From contig JAKAUZ010000003.1 of assembly GCA_021817415.1 (NCBI GenBank), positions 50,141 through 114,140 on the forward strand: 64,000 bases of DNA, read 5' to 3'. Shown here in pieces: positions 41,083-51,066 of this stretch. Numbering within the stretch: position 1 is the stretch's first letter; every line of letters begins with the position of its first letter. The notes below the pieces were generated by a model that searched no databases, was not told the origin of the DNA, and was given only the letters and a program-made list of their open reading frames with translations. A program made the translations under genes and the position numbers. The DNA comes from Thermoplasmata archaeon. Lineage in GTDB: Archaea; Thermoplasmatota; Thermoplasmata; Thermoplasmatales; GCA-001856825.

Positions 41083-42425
41083 CTCCCCATCGCCTCTATC
41101 AGATTGTCTTTCATGAGCTTTTCTATCATTCCTCTATTCTTCAATATCAGTTCCCTTGCCCTCTCATAGAACTCATTTTTTGACATTTTCTTTCTTGCTA
41201 CATTTTCCTTCACTGCAATATCTGCTATTGTAGCCGCCACTCGTGGGAACACTTCCCAATCGTCCATGCTTGGAATGATGTGATCCTGTGTGAGATTTTG
41301 TTCTTCTGCATATTTTGCAAGCTCTTCGGATGCCTTTACTATCATCGTTTCTGTAATCTTCCTAGTTCTCGAATCTAGGGCACCCCTGAATACTCCAGGG
41401 AAAACCATGCTATTGTTCACCTGATTCGGGAAATCAGATCTTCCAGTTGCTACTATTTCCGCTCCATTTTCTTTTGCTTCACTTGGCCATATTTCCGGAA
41501 CTGGATTTGCCAGTGCGAATACTATCGCTCTTTTATTCATCTTCTTGATCCATTCCCCTTTGATTACCCCGGGTCCAGGACGAGAAGCTGCAACAAGTAA
41601 GTCTGCCCCTTCGAGGGCGTCCTGTATGTTTCCCCTAATCCTTCTAACGTTCGTGGCTATCCCAAGTTCGTATTTCCAGGGATTGGCCCTCATAAGGCTG
41701 TCCATGTCCTCTCTTTCTGGGTGCAATATCCCTTTAGAATCGACCATAACTATATTCTTTATGTCAAATCCTGCAGCCTTGAATAACCTGACCGTGGCCA
41801 CATTTGCTGCTCCGGAACCAAACATCACTATATTTGTGTCTTTGGGGCTCCTCCCAGTAATCTTGATTGCATTTAGAGATCCTGCCAATGTTGCCCCAGC
41901 AGTTCCCAGTTGATCATCGTGCCAGACAGGTATGTTCATCCTCTCTCTCAGAGTTTCCAAAAGGTAGAAACATTTTGGGGATTCAATGTCCTCCAGGTTA
42001 ATACCACCAAACGCCGGTTCAAGTGCTGACGCAACCTCTGCCATTTTTTCTTTATCATGAACATTAATGGGGATTGGAATCGCATCTACCCCCCCCAAAT
42101 ATTTGAAAATAAGCCCCTTTCCCTCCATTACTGGAAGAGATGCCTCCGGTCCAATATTACCAAGTCCAAGAACTCTGGAGCCATCAGTTAATATCGCAAC
42201 GGTATTCCATCTCCAAGTCATTTCAAAAGAAAGGTCCTTATCTTCTGCGATTTTTTTGGATACTGCAGCTACTCCAGGCGTATACCAGATTGAGAAATCG
42301 TCTAGGCTACTTATAGGAACCTTGGGTAGGGTTTGGATCTTCCCCTGGTAGTGCTTGGAAAATTTTACAGATAGATCAGAATAAACTTCCCCACCACTTT
42401 CCCCTTCATTCCTCATATCCCCCAA
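41079..42425 (-). CDS. NAD(P)-dependent malic enzyme
   Basis: YTPGVA, VLGLGNIG, PVMEGK, INLEDI, HDDQLGT, TGRSDFPNQVNN. Confidence 0.93.
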   Translation of the reverse strand: MGDMRNEGESGGEVYSDLSVKFSKHYQGKIQTLPKVPISSLDDFSIWYTPGVAAVSKKIAEDKDLSFEMTWRWNTVAILTDGSRVLGLGNIGPEASLPVMEGKGLIFKYLGGVDAIPIPINVHDKEKMAEVASALEPAFGGINLEDIESPKCFYLLETLRERMNIPVWHDDQLGTAGATLAGSLNAIKITGRSPKDTNIVMFGSGAANVATVRLFKAAGFDIKNIVMVDSKGILHPEREDMDSLMRANPWKYELGIATNVRRIRGNIQDALEGADLLVAASRPGPGVIKGEWIKKMNKRAIVFALANPVPEIWPSEAKENGAEIVATGRSDFPNQVNNSMVFPGVFRGALDSRTRKITETMIVKASEELAKYAEEQNLTQDHIIPSMDDWEVFPRVAATIADIAVKENVARKKMSKNEFYERARELILKNRGMIEKLMKDNLIEAMGR

Positions 42426-42831
42426 TGATAGAATGGGAATTAAACATTGCCTAAGTAGTCAGAGTAAGGTCAGTGTTCTAGACAGTTCTTACCTTATGAC
42501 AACTAACGTCCAGTACCATGGTTTCGAGATTTAATAGACCTTGGATTGTACGATAAATTCGAATATGGTCCTCTCTGCCTTCTAGAAGGTTCAAGCAACA
42601 CGATGTTGCAGAGGAGAAAATGTATCAGTGGGATCCATCCATCTCTCTATTTGGCGACATTGGGCAGTGAACTGTGCTTCCATTGAAGATAAATAACCCG
42701 GACTCTAATTATAATTAATGCCAGACCACTCATCTTTTTGCTCTATTCATATATTTGAACATGCCCAATCTGAATCTCTCTTCCCTTTTTCTTTAGATAA
42801 AATTAATAAATAAGCTCTATTTACTAAAACA

Positions 42832-43353
42832 ATGTCCGATATTCGAGACCAGGTGGTTGATGATAGAGGAGTAATCAAGAAATTGCAACTTATGTTTCCA
42901 GGGTACCACGGATACAGGGTCAGTGAGGATCTGAGGGATGCTGATATTTATCTGAAAGATGAATTATATAAGAAGATGCTTGACATTATAAATGACCTGA
43001 AGGCCGCCGAGTCTTCCCTGGTAAGCAACGGAATTTTCACAAATCTTGACAAAATCGGTCAAACAAGGTCAAAAATACAGACAGCTGCGGCAGACCTCAA
43101 ACATCATCAGGCAGGATATTCAGGAATTTCGGCAGGGATTAAAGTAACTCCAGCTAAGATTTCATCACTTTACGATCTGGATATGAAAATCTACGAGCAG
43201 ATCCAGACGCTTAGTACTGTTATTCAGGGTTTCAAACAAGAATGTGCACAGGGAAATTTCAATCAAGCGAGACTTCAGGATGTTAACTCTGCGGTTGGAT
43301 CAATATCCCAACTCAACCAAAGCAGGGAAACTTTGTTGTACGGGGGCGTGTAA
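42832..43353 (+). CDS. Uncharacterised all-helical protein
   Basis: FPGYHGY..DLRDAD and AGYSG motifs; amphipathic helices; first gene of a three-gene operon. Confidence 0.8.
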   Translation: MSDIRDQVVDDRGVIKKLQLMFPGYHGYRVSEDLRDADIYLKDELYKKMLDIINDLKAAESSLVSNGIFTNLDKIGQTRSKIQTAAADLKHHQAGYSGISAGIKVTPAKISSLYDLDMKIYEQIQTLSTVIQGFKQECAQGNFNQARLQDVNSAVGSISQLNQSRETLLYGGV

Positions 43354-44517
43354 ATGGTATTCAGGAAGACTCCGCCTGGCGGGATACCTCCAAGTGGTGG
43401 TAGTGTCTTTGGTTCGACGACAATGGAATGGGAAGATCAGTTCAAGCAGGGAAATATAATGTGGAAAGTCCCCAGGCTCATAAGACTTAATGATAACATT
43501 GTTGTCAGGGAAGATGAAACAGCTGTTTTTTACAGAGACGGTAAAGCACTTACTTACATAGACAAACCTGGAAGATATGCACTAACAGACCTAAATGCGC
43601 CAATTGTCGGTAATCTAGTAAAGCTTCTGACTGGAATACAACAGCAGGCAGAAGTTTATTACCTACAGAGAAGAATATTTGACGGGAAATTTGGATCAAA
43701 GGAACCTTATGCGTTCAGGGACAAGGATTTCGGTATAGTCATGCTGAGGCTGTTTGGTGAGCTGAGGTATCGTATCTCAGATCCTTCCATATTTATAAAT
43801 CAGTTTGTAGGGACGTTCGCGATTGAAACAAGTGCGCAAGTCGATGACAGGATCAGGGAACAGGTTGTTTTATTATTATACAATATCCTAGGGAAAATGA
43901 AGGATCAGGGCGTTTCTGTACTGGACCTGCCTTCAAATTTGATGAATATCGAAGAGGCAGTGATTGCAAATGCAAAAGGATCTTTTGATCAATATGGGAT
44001 AGAGATCAATAAGATATCTGGGCTCAACATTTCTCTTCCAGATGCTGTACAGAAAGCAGTTGATGCAAGATCAAGCATGCAGGTACTGGGAGTCAATTAT
44101 CTGCAGTTCCAGGCTGGTCAGGCAATGGTTGATGCCGCTAAAAACCCATCTGGAACGGCAGGCGCGGGCGTTGGTCTCGGAATGGGAATGGGAGCCGGGG
44201 CGGGGATGGCATATCCTATGGCTTCCAGTATATCGCAGGGTATTTCGCAACCAGCCCAGCCTTCGCAGCCACCTGGAAAGAAATGTCCTAAATGTGGAGC
44301 AACAGTAGACGAGCATGCAAAGTTCTGTCCGGATTGTGGTTATAATTTCCAGGAAGCTGAGACGATGAAATGTCCCGCTTGCGGTAAGGATATACCTAAG
44401 AATTCCAAATTCTGTCCAGAATGTGGGAAACCAATAGTCTCAAAGTGCCCAAAATGCGGTACTGATCTGTCCCCAGGCGCAAAATTCTGTCCTAACTGTG
44501 GAGAGAAGGTGAACTGA
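43354..44517 (+). CDS. SPFH/band-7 protein (YdjI-like) with three C-terminal zinc ribbons
   Basis: VVREDETAVFYRDGK..PGRY, Gly/Ala-rich AGAGVGLGMGMG, three CxxCG..FCPxCG units. Confidence 0.85.
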   Translation: MVFRKTPPGGIPPSGGSVFGSTTMEWEDQFKQGNIMWKVPRLIRLNDNIVVREDETAVFYRDGKALTYIDKPGRYALTDLNAPIVGNLVKLLTGIQQQAEVYYLQRRIFDGKFGSKEPYAFRDKDFGIVMLRLFGELRYRISDPSIFINQFVGTFAIETSAQVDDRIREQVVLLLYNILGKMKDQGVSVLDLPSNLMNIEEAVIANAKGSFDQYGIEINKISGLNISLPDAVQKAVDARSSMQVLGVNYLQFQAGQAMVDAAKNPSGTAGAGVGLGMGMGAGAGMAYPMASSISQGISQPAQPSQPPGKKCPKCGATVDEHAKFCPDCGYNFQEAETMKCPACGKDIPKNSKFCPECGKPIVSKCPKCGTDLSPGAKFCPNCGEKVN

Positions 44518-45444
44518 TTGTTCTGCAGGAAATGCGGTAGTCAAATCCCGGACGACTCGGTCTTCTGTCCCAAATGCGGTGCCCCACAGAATGGCGGGAG
44601 TCAAACTTCTTCCCAATCGCCAAAGCCGGCTTCCGATGAGAACGAGATCCTGAAGGAAATGAAGTGCCCAAACTGCGGTGCTCCTCTCTCACCACAACCT
44701 GGGGAAGCCATGGTGGTCTGTCAATATTGCGGCACATCGGTTACACTGAGCACAGCAGGATGGTCAAAAGTCGGGAAACACTTCATTCTAGACATAAAGA
44801 TTGCAATGAAGGATAATGCACTTGCCATTGCACATCAGTTTCTTGACAGGAGTATACTTCACAGACATCTTTTTGAAAAAAGCACAGTAAAGACAACTGA
44901 ACTTCAATACGTGCCCTACTGGATACTTGATGCGGGGTTTGTTGCACAGTATAGGTACAAGAGGGAAGAAGCTAGCCCCGGGGGGTTTGTAGGAGTTCCG
45001 CTTGGAGGAAGAGGTGGGTTCGGGGGACCGACTGTTCAGTTCAACACAGTGGTAGAGTCGGGTACAGACACGAGCGAAGTGAGTTATCCTGTCGTGGCTG
45101 TTGATAACCTGAACAAATATCAACCTCCTGATTATATTTTTAACCTTACCAATAAGAGGGCACTTACCACAAGTGACACACAGGGACCGGTAAAACTCTT
45201 GAATGGCAGTGTGAGCGAGGAAAAGGGACGAATGGATGGGAAGATAAGGATCACTCAATGGGAGATAAGGAGACTCCAGAAGAGGGTTCATGGATTTTTA
45301 TCCGCTGATGTAAATGTGGACATCGCTGACACCTATCTAGTTCATATTCCTATATGGAGCATTCTCTTTGAGCACAAGGATAAAAGTCTATTCTTACTTG
45401 TAGATGCGCACAACGGTATGGTAATGGAAGAATTAAAAGAGTAG
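44518..45444 (+). CDS. YdjG-like zinc-ribbon protein
   Basis: FCRKCG..FCPKCG, CPNCGAPL..CQYCG, YVPYW, HIPIW, VDAHNG. Confidence 0.7.
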   Translation: MFCRKCGSQIPDDSVFCPKCGAPQNGGSQTSSQSPKPASDENEILKEMKCPNCGAPLSPQPGEAMVVCQYCGTSVTLSTAGWSKVGKHFILDIKIAMKDNALAIAHQFLDRSILHRHLFEKSTVKTTELQYVPYWILDAGFVAQYRYKREEASPGGFVGVPLGGRGGFGGPTVQFNTVVESGTDTSEVSYPVVAVDNLNKYQPPDYIFNLTNKRALTTSDTQGPVKLLNGSVSEEKGRMDGKIRITQWEIRRLQKRVHGFLSADVNVDIADTYLVHIPIWSILFEHKDKSLFLLVDAHNGMVMEELKE

Positions 45445-45543
45445 ATTTTACGGGAAGGCAGGAGCAAAAAGGCCTGGAAACAAAATATCAGACAGGGGAT
45501 ACTTCTCGGTCAGAAATCTTAAGATATATTAACGAACAGTGAA

Positions 45544-47262
45544 TTGACTTCCATGGCAGTTAGGTTTGTCGTTGATCTTTCTGAGTCGTATAGGAAAATT
45601 CTGAAAGTGAAAATGTTCCTCAAAGGTTCAAATGAAGTAGTTTCAATGCCCGTCTGGGCCCCTGGCTCATATCTTGTGAGGGATTATTCCAGAAACATTT
45701 CGTCTATTTCAGTTGAGGATGGAACAATGGTTCAACTGGACAAAACTACCTGGTCTGTGACGTCTAACACTGATGAGATAGCACTTAGTTATGAAATATA
45801 TGCTGACGATCTGTCAGTGCAGGGGACTTATGCCGATGATTCTCTTGTACTTCTGAATGGCACCAGTATATTTCTCTATCCCAGAAACGCCGGCCAGGTA
45901 AGTTACGAAGTTGAACTACTAAACTATGGAGATAAGAATATTTCGACAGGTATGCGGAAAGAAGGTGAATTATATGAAGCTGAGAATTACGATCAACTAG
46001 TGGACTCACCAATACTGATATCAAGGCATTCAATAGAAAGGTTCGATGCACTCGGGAAGAAGCACACGGTCGCCATACACGGATTCCTTAATCATGACAA
46101 GACAAAATTTGTGGAAGATCTGAGAAAGATAGTAATCTCAGAAGGGGGCATTTTTGGCTCATTACCTTATGAGAATTACACTTTCATTGTGGTGCTTTTG
46201 CCTGACGACATCTACGGAGGACTGGAGCACAAGAACTCTACGGTGATCTTCTCAAACCAACAGAACATCGTCAAAGATTTTGACTATAAAAATTTCCTTT
46301 CGATATTTTCCCACGAATTCTTCCATACCTGGAATGTGAAGAGGATCAGGCCTAAGACACTGGGCCCATTTGATTACAGCAAGGAAAATTATACCGATAT
46401 GCTCTGGTTCAGTGAGGGATTCACATCATACTATGAATGGCTCACACTCTGGAGGGCAGGCATAGTCAATGAGAAAGAGTATTTTGAACATCTTGCAGAG
46501 ATGATCAATTATTACAGATTTATTCCAGGCCACAATACTCCCGCCTCACTTTCTTCCTTCAATACATGGACGAAACTGTACAAACCAAATGGAGACATTA
46601 TAAACAGCTACGTTTCCTACTACCTGAAAGGGGAGCTGATTGCCTTTGCACTGAACATACACATCCTTAGGGAATCTTCAGGCTCCATTTCACTGGATGA
46701 TGTTTTCAGAGCGCTTTACGCCGACTACGTCAACAGGAACAGGGGAATAACATATAGGGAGCTGAAGGAATTCATCAACAAAACACTGAAGAAAAATATT
46801 GACAAATTTGTCGATGACCTTGTCACCAGTTCGAAGGAATTGGATTTCGAAAATTACCTGAAATCTCTGTCATATGGATTCAAGTATTCGTTCCACGATG
46901 GGAATAAGGACCCCTCTGCGACGACTGGGATTGTCATACAGAACAACAGCGGAAAGTACACAGTCTCAGGTGTCATAAAGGGTTATCCAGCACATGATGC
47001 TGGAATAAATGCAGGAGATGAATTAGTATCTATCAACGGAACCAGGTTTTCAGACAATTACACAAGGGAATTCTCGAAGGAAATGAAAAGGTTCAAAATT
47101 GATGATCTCAAAGAATCCAGACCAGGGGATGAAATAATTCTCCACATTTTCAGGAAGAATGTTTTGAGAGAAATACACATGAATGCAGTTGAAGAACCGA
47201 AGTGGATGAATCTGGAGAAAGCGGGTGAAAATGCTCTAATCGATAAGATCCTGAGAGGATGA
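45544..47262 (+). CDS. M61 glycyl aminopeptidase with PDZ domain
   Basis: PVWAPGSY, GGLEH, HEFFHTWN, WFSEGFTSYY, SYYLKG, PAHDAGINAGD. Confidence 0.92.
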   Translation: MTSMAVRFVVDLSESYRKILKVKMFLKGSNEVVSMPVWAPGSYLVRDYSRNISSISVEDGTMVQLDKTTWSVTSNTDEIALSYEIYADDLSVQGTYADDSLVLLNGTSIFLYPRNAGQVSYEVELLNYGDKNISTGMRKEGELYEAENYDQLVDSPILISRHSIERFDALGKKHTVAIHGFLNHDKTKFVEDLRKIVISEGGIFGSLPYENYTFIVVLLPDDIYGGLEHKNSTVIFSNQQNIVKDFDYKNFLSIFSHEFFHTWNVKRIRPKTLGPFDYSKENYTDMLWFSEGFTSYYEWLTLWRAGIVNEKEYFEHLAEMINYYRFIPGHNTPASLSSFNTWTKLYKPNGDIINSYVSYYLKGELIAFALNIHILRESSGSISLDDVFRALYADYVNRNRGITYRELKEFINKTLKKNIDKFVDDLVTSSKELDFENYLKSLSYGFKYSFHDGNKDPSATTGIVIQNNSGKYTVSGVIKGYPAHDAGINAGDELVSINGTRFSDNYTREFSKEMKRFKIDDLKESRPGDEIILHIFRKNVLREIHMNAVEEPKWMNLEKAGENALIDKILRG

Positions 47263-47931
47263 AACGAAATTCTTAATTTCCAGAAGCAGGGAAACAAAAT
47301 CCTCTCTCTTCAGCCGACCGGTGTTCACGTTTCTTGGGCTGGGATGGTAAGAACAGTACAATCTTATCCCGTTTAAATCGTAGTGCTTGCCATGCTTGAA
47401 TTCGATTCCATTGACATCTTTCCCGCTTGCCTTTAGGTATTTGAGATAGGAATTGAAGGCGACCCTTCCAAGCACAACCACAGCTCTGAGATTTTTCATG
47501 AGGTAAATTTCATTGAAAAAATACTTCTTGCAATTTTCAAGCTCCTGAGTTGATGGTTTGTCTTCTGGAGGAACACACTTCAAAACTGCTGTGATGTACA
47601 TGTCAAACAGGATCAGGCCGTCGTCCCTGGATACAGAATCTGCTTTGTTTGCTAGTCCTACCCTGTTGAGGGAGGAAATCAGAAATGTCGCACTTTTGTC
47701 TCCCGTGAAAACACGACCTGTTCTATTTCCTCCTGTGGCCGCCGGGGCCAATCCAAGGATGAGTATCTTTCCGTGTATATCCCCAAACCCAGGCACAGGT
47801 CTGCTCCAGAATTCTGTTCCTAGAAATCTTCCGGGCCTCTGTGCTACTCTTTCCCTAAACTCCACCAATCTTTTGCATTCCCTGCAGTTTACAAGAACAG
47901 TATTAAGTTCCCCGATTTCACTGAACTGCAT
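47236..47931 (-). CDS. Uracil-DNA glycosylase family 5 (UdgB)
   Basis: Fe-S Cys CRECKRL, GLAPAATGGNRTGRVFTGD, KCVPP, YHPSPRN. Confidence 0.9.
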   Translation of the reverse strand: MQFSEIGELNTVLVNCRECKRLVEFRERVAQRPGRFLGTEFWSRPVPGFGDIHGKILILGLAPAATGGNRTGRVFTGDKSATFLISSLNRVGLANKADSVSRDDGLILFDMYITAVLKCVPPEDKPSTQELENCKKYFFNEIYLMKNLRAVVVLGRVAFNSYLKYLKASGKDVNGIEFKHGKHYDLNGIRLYCSYHPSPRNVNTGRLKREDFVSLLLEIKNFVSSSQDLID

Positions 47932-48679
47932 CCTGATCACCTTCAATATCACTACACAACATTTTCAACAGTTCCCTGAATTCAATGAAGCTTTCAAGCC
48001 TGAACCTGGCCTTAGTCTCACCTTCTCCAATCTTAATTGTAAGCTGATCTTTCAAAATTTCGAAAGCTTCCTCATCCGTCATGTCATCACCGGCAAAAAG
48101 GACGTACTCTCCCTCATTCATGAGTGTCCGAATCGAAATTCCCTTATTGATCCCCTTAATTCGAAGCTCAAAAACATACTTTCCACTGTAGAGCTCAAAA
48201 CCGTCTTCGGAAATACCTGCAATCGCGCGTTCGAATTCCTTTACGTGACTGCCTTTCATATTGAAATAATGGAACTGAAGTCCCCCATGTTTATCGATTA
48301 TCCTCAGGCCGGGGAACTGTTCTTGAAAATGAGCATATTTGCGAGCAAGTTGGGCAGTCTTAAGGGAATACCACTCAAAGTCCTTTATGCGGGAAACTTT
48401 TCCATATTCATCCATTGCCTCCGCACCGTGCATCGCAATAATATTGAAGCCGTCACCTATGAAGCCGTGAATATCGTTCAAGTCCCTTCCAGTTACTATG
48501 AAGAGTTTGTATTTTTTCCTCAAACATCTAAGTGTCTCAAGAAGGTCTGAATCAGGTCTAGCCATCTCAGGGCTGCTTACGAGAGGGACCAGAGTTCCGT
48601 CATAATCAAGAAACATTTTTGTAATTTTGTTCCTCCTCTTAATCTCCTCCATCACGACATCTATTTGGATTTTTATCAT
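47918..48679 (-). CDS. otsB: Trehalose-6-phosphate phosphatase (HAD IIB)
   Basis: FLDYDGTL, VTGRD, HGAE, NKG, GDDMTDEEAF; start moved to ATG 48679 (RBS AGAGGA). Confidence 0.88.
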   Translation of the reverse strand: MIKIQIDVVMEEIKRRNKITKMFLDYDGTLVPLVSSPEMARPDSDLLETLRCLRKKYKLFIVTGRDLNDIHGFIGDGFNIIAMHGAEAMDEYGKVSRIKDFEWYSLKTAQLARKYAHFQEQFPGLRIIDKHGGLQFHYFNMKGSHVKEFERAIAGISEDGFELYSGKYVFELRIKGINKGISIRTLMNEGEYVLFAGDDMTDEEAFEILKDQLTIKIGEGETKARFRLESFIEFRELLKMLCSDIEGDQDAVQ

Positions 48680-48771
48680 TCCTCTCTTGTAGCCAGTACC
48701 TGTAATGGGAAGCAAATTAATATATGTTTTCAGCATTATGAAAAGATTTTTAGTGTTATACGGATATTACT

Positions 48772-51066
48772 ATGATGCAGATAGGCTTGAAAATTACTAT
48801 TGAAGACTCTAATTTGATCATTTCTGAAAGTATTCTAAGGAATGAAATACTACGGGACATATATGCAAGGGGCAAGGAAAATTCATATTACGTTTCACTA
48901 AACGAAGAGTCGTCCTCAATCCCATTATCCTGTTTCAATTTCTTCATATACAACCTTGAATACCGGGAGGATAACCTGGACCCAGAAAGGATAGCAGAGA
49001 TAGTTCATCAGAAATTCAAAAGGATATTCATTCAGGACGTACACAACATAGATAACGAGTCACTCAAGGTACTCCGGTACTATGCGATAAAACAGGGGGG
49101 CAAGATTGAAGTGTCCTCGACTGTAGAGGGGGTTCTTAGGAACTCGAAAGCCATCGCGGAACTCATTAACCTTGGATTCAGGGTCATTTTTTATGGAGGG
49201 AGCGGTGACAATTTTTATCCTCTTTCACTTCTTAACGGCATTGCTGGAGAAAACAATAAAATCATGTTCAGTAACGTGCCTTCTGAAACTTCAAGGAAAT
49301 ATGACGAGCCCTCTGCCTACAGTGAGGAAGAGCTTGAATTGCTTGAGGAAGCGGGCAATGCACTCTATGTGCTTCCATCATCATTCATAAAGTCCAAAGG
49401 GGCTGCTCTGTACAAAGATATCATTAAAATGGTCAATAAGGGAATCATCAATGAGGATACCTACTCGTTCAGCCTTCTAGATGTCAGCATCCTCAATAAG
49501 ATAAATACCAGACTGACCGAGAGAATGAAGAAGGTTATGGTCGAGTATGCAGACTTAGAGAACAATGAACTGAAGAATAAGATACTGGCTGGTCAGTTGT
49601 ATTACAAGGCGGGACTATGGGCTCAGAGTGGAGAGGCCCTGAGAGAAGTGATGATAGACCTCTACAAATCCAAGGATTACAAGACCTTAGTAAATACCAT
49701 GGAAACCTTGATGAAAATATCAGAGCCGACAGACAAAGACAATTTCAGGTACGCGGTTTCGCTCAACCACATAGGGAACGCAAGAAGAGCCATAAAGATT
49801 TTTGAAAAGCTCATGCAGTCTGATTACTTCCACAACAATCCACAGGACATAGTGGAGTATGTGAAGATCGTATATGAAAGGAATGGATTCGACAGGGCAA
49901 ATAGAATGCTAGAAGGCTTCGTAAGCAAAATGCATCCAGAGATCCTAGGTAACCTGTATTTGGAACTGTCATCCATTGCCATCTCAGAAGGGGACGAGGC
50001 AAACGTCGATTATCTACTGTCAAAAGCAGATGAATTGCTGAAAAGTGATAAAAGGTCCAGATGCGAATTCAGCAGGTTAAGAGGGAATCTTTTCCTGATG
50101 AGAAAAGATCTTGACTCAGCCCTAAAGAATTATGAAAAGAGCTTTGAATTTGCCAAGGAAATTAATGATTATGTCCTAATGGCAAAAACAATGAATAATA
50201 TTGGAATCCTTTACTCTCAGGAGCTAAAAGTTTCTGAAGGACTTGAATATTTTGACCAGTCAAGGAAATACTCACTCAAAGGAGGAGACTACTCCACCTA
50301 CTCCATCACCACGGCAAACATGATACCGCTTGCTTATGATCTGAACGATGAAAAATTATCTTTCAAATACCTTCAGGAAATAGAGGGCATTCCAAGATAC
50401 GACAAGGAGAGTATTGCACTGGCAAATGGTTATTTCAGCATTGCAGACTGGTACGTAAGAAAGGGAGACCTGTTAAAGGCCATCGAGCAGATCAACAAGG
50501 GACTGAACTACTCGCTCGAAAAACTTAACAACTTCGAAATCTCATCATTCCTGTTCAAGCTAGCTCTTTTCAAGATAATAATCGGGCATGACGCCTCTCT
50601 CGAGTTGGAGACGGCTAGGATATTCGCTGATAAGTATTCAGAAGAGTACTCTTACTGGGAGTCGGAAATTGCATTCTTTTCAGGTGAAATTGATGAGGCA
50701 AGGAAATTTGTGCACAAAGCATATAAAGATATTGAATCCCTGGGGAACAAACAGTTGATAATGGAAGATGGATCGAGGGATACTCTATATGAACTACTGT
50801 CTGGGGGCAACAATGTAAATACCAAGCTTTTTGCCATGCGCACTGGGTCACCCGATGTTAATGCATACCTGATCCTCATACGATATCTGCTTATGGAGAA
50901 AACATATGAAACAGCCGAGAAAGAACTCAAACAGCTCGACAGTCCATTTTTCTACGAGCTTGGAGTGGCAGTGCTTAATGCTGTCGAAGGTAAATATTTC
51001 AGAACTTCCTATCCCGGACTGGTAAATATATATGAAGCCATAAGAAAGTCTAATCTCCCTCGCTGA
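48772..51066 (+). CDS. TPR-repeat protein with degenerate STAND-like N-terminus
   Basis: IFIQDVHNIDNES resembles a STAND Walker B; no Walker A found; MalT-like TPRs (AKTMNNIGILY). Confidence 0.65.
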   Translation: MMQIGLKITIEDSNLIISESILRNEILRDIYARGKENSYYVSLNEESSSIPLSCFNFFIYNLEYREDNLDPERIAEIVHQKFKRIFIQDVHNIDNESLKVLRYYAIKQGGKIEVSSTVEGVLRNSKAIAELINLGFRVIFYGGSGDNFYPLSLLNGIAGENNKIMFSNVPSETSRKYDEPSAYSEEELELLEEAGNALYVLPSSFIKSKGAALYKDIIKMVNKGIINEDTYSFSLLDVSILNKINTRLTERMKKVMVEYADLENNELKNKILAGQLYYKAGLWAQSGEALREVMIDLYKSKDYKTLVNTMETLMKISEPTDKDNFRYAVSLNHIGNARRAIKIFEKLMQSDYFHNNPQDIVEYVKIVYERNGFDRANRMLEGFVSKMHPEILGNLYLELSSIAISEGDEANVDYLLSKADELLKSDKRSRCEFSRLRGNLFLMRKDLDSALKNYEKSFEFAKEINDYVLMAKTMNNIGILYSQELKVSEGLEYFDQSRKYSLKGGDYSTYSITTANMIPLAYDLNDEKLSFKYLQEIEGIPRYDKESIALANGYFSIADWYVRKGDLLKAIEQINKGLNYSLEKLNNFEISSFLFKLALFKIIIGHDASLELETARIFADKYSEEYSYWESEIAFFSGEIDEARKFVHKAYKDIESLGNKQLIMEDGSRDTLYELLSGGNNVNTKLFAMRTGSPDVNAYLILIRYLLMEKTYETAEKELKQLDSPFFYELGVAVLNAVEGKYFRTSYPGLVNIYEAIRKSNLPR

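Noticed and set aside
42620-42790. Minus-strand ...VAK*RDGWIP... resembling a luciferase-like monooxygenase relic
   Set aside because: Too short and stop-riddled to support
47558-48550. 330-aa + strand ORF
   Set aside because: Antisense shadow of udgB and otsB with no motifs; the other short overlapping ORFs in the track were rejected for the same reason
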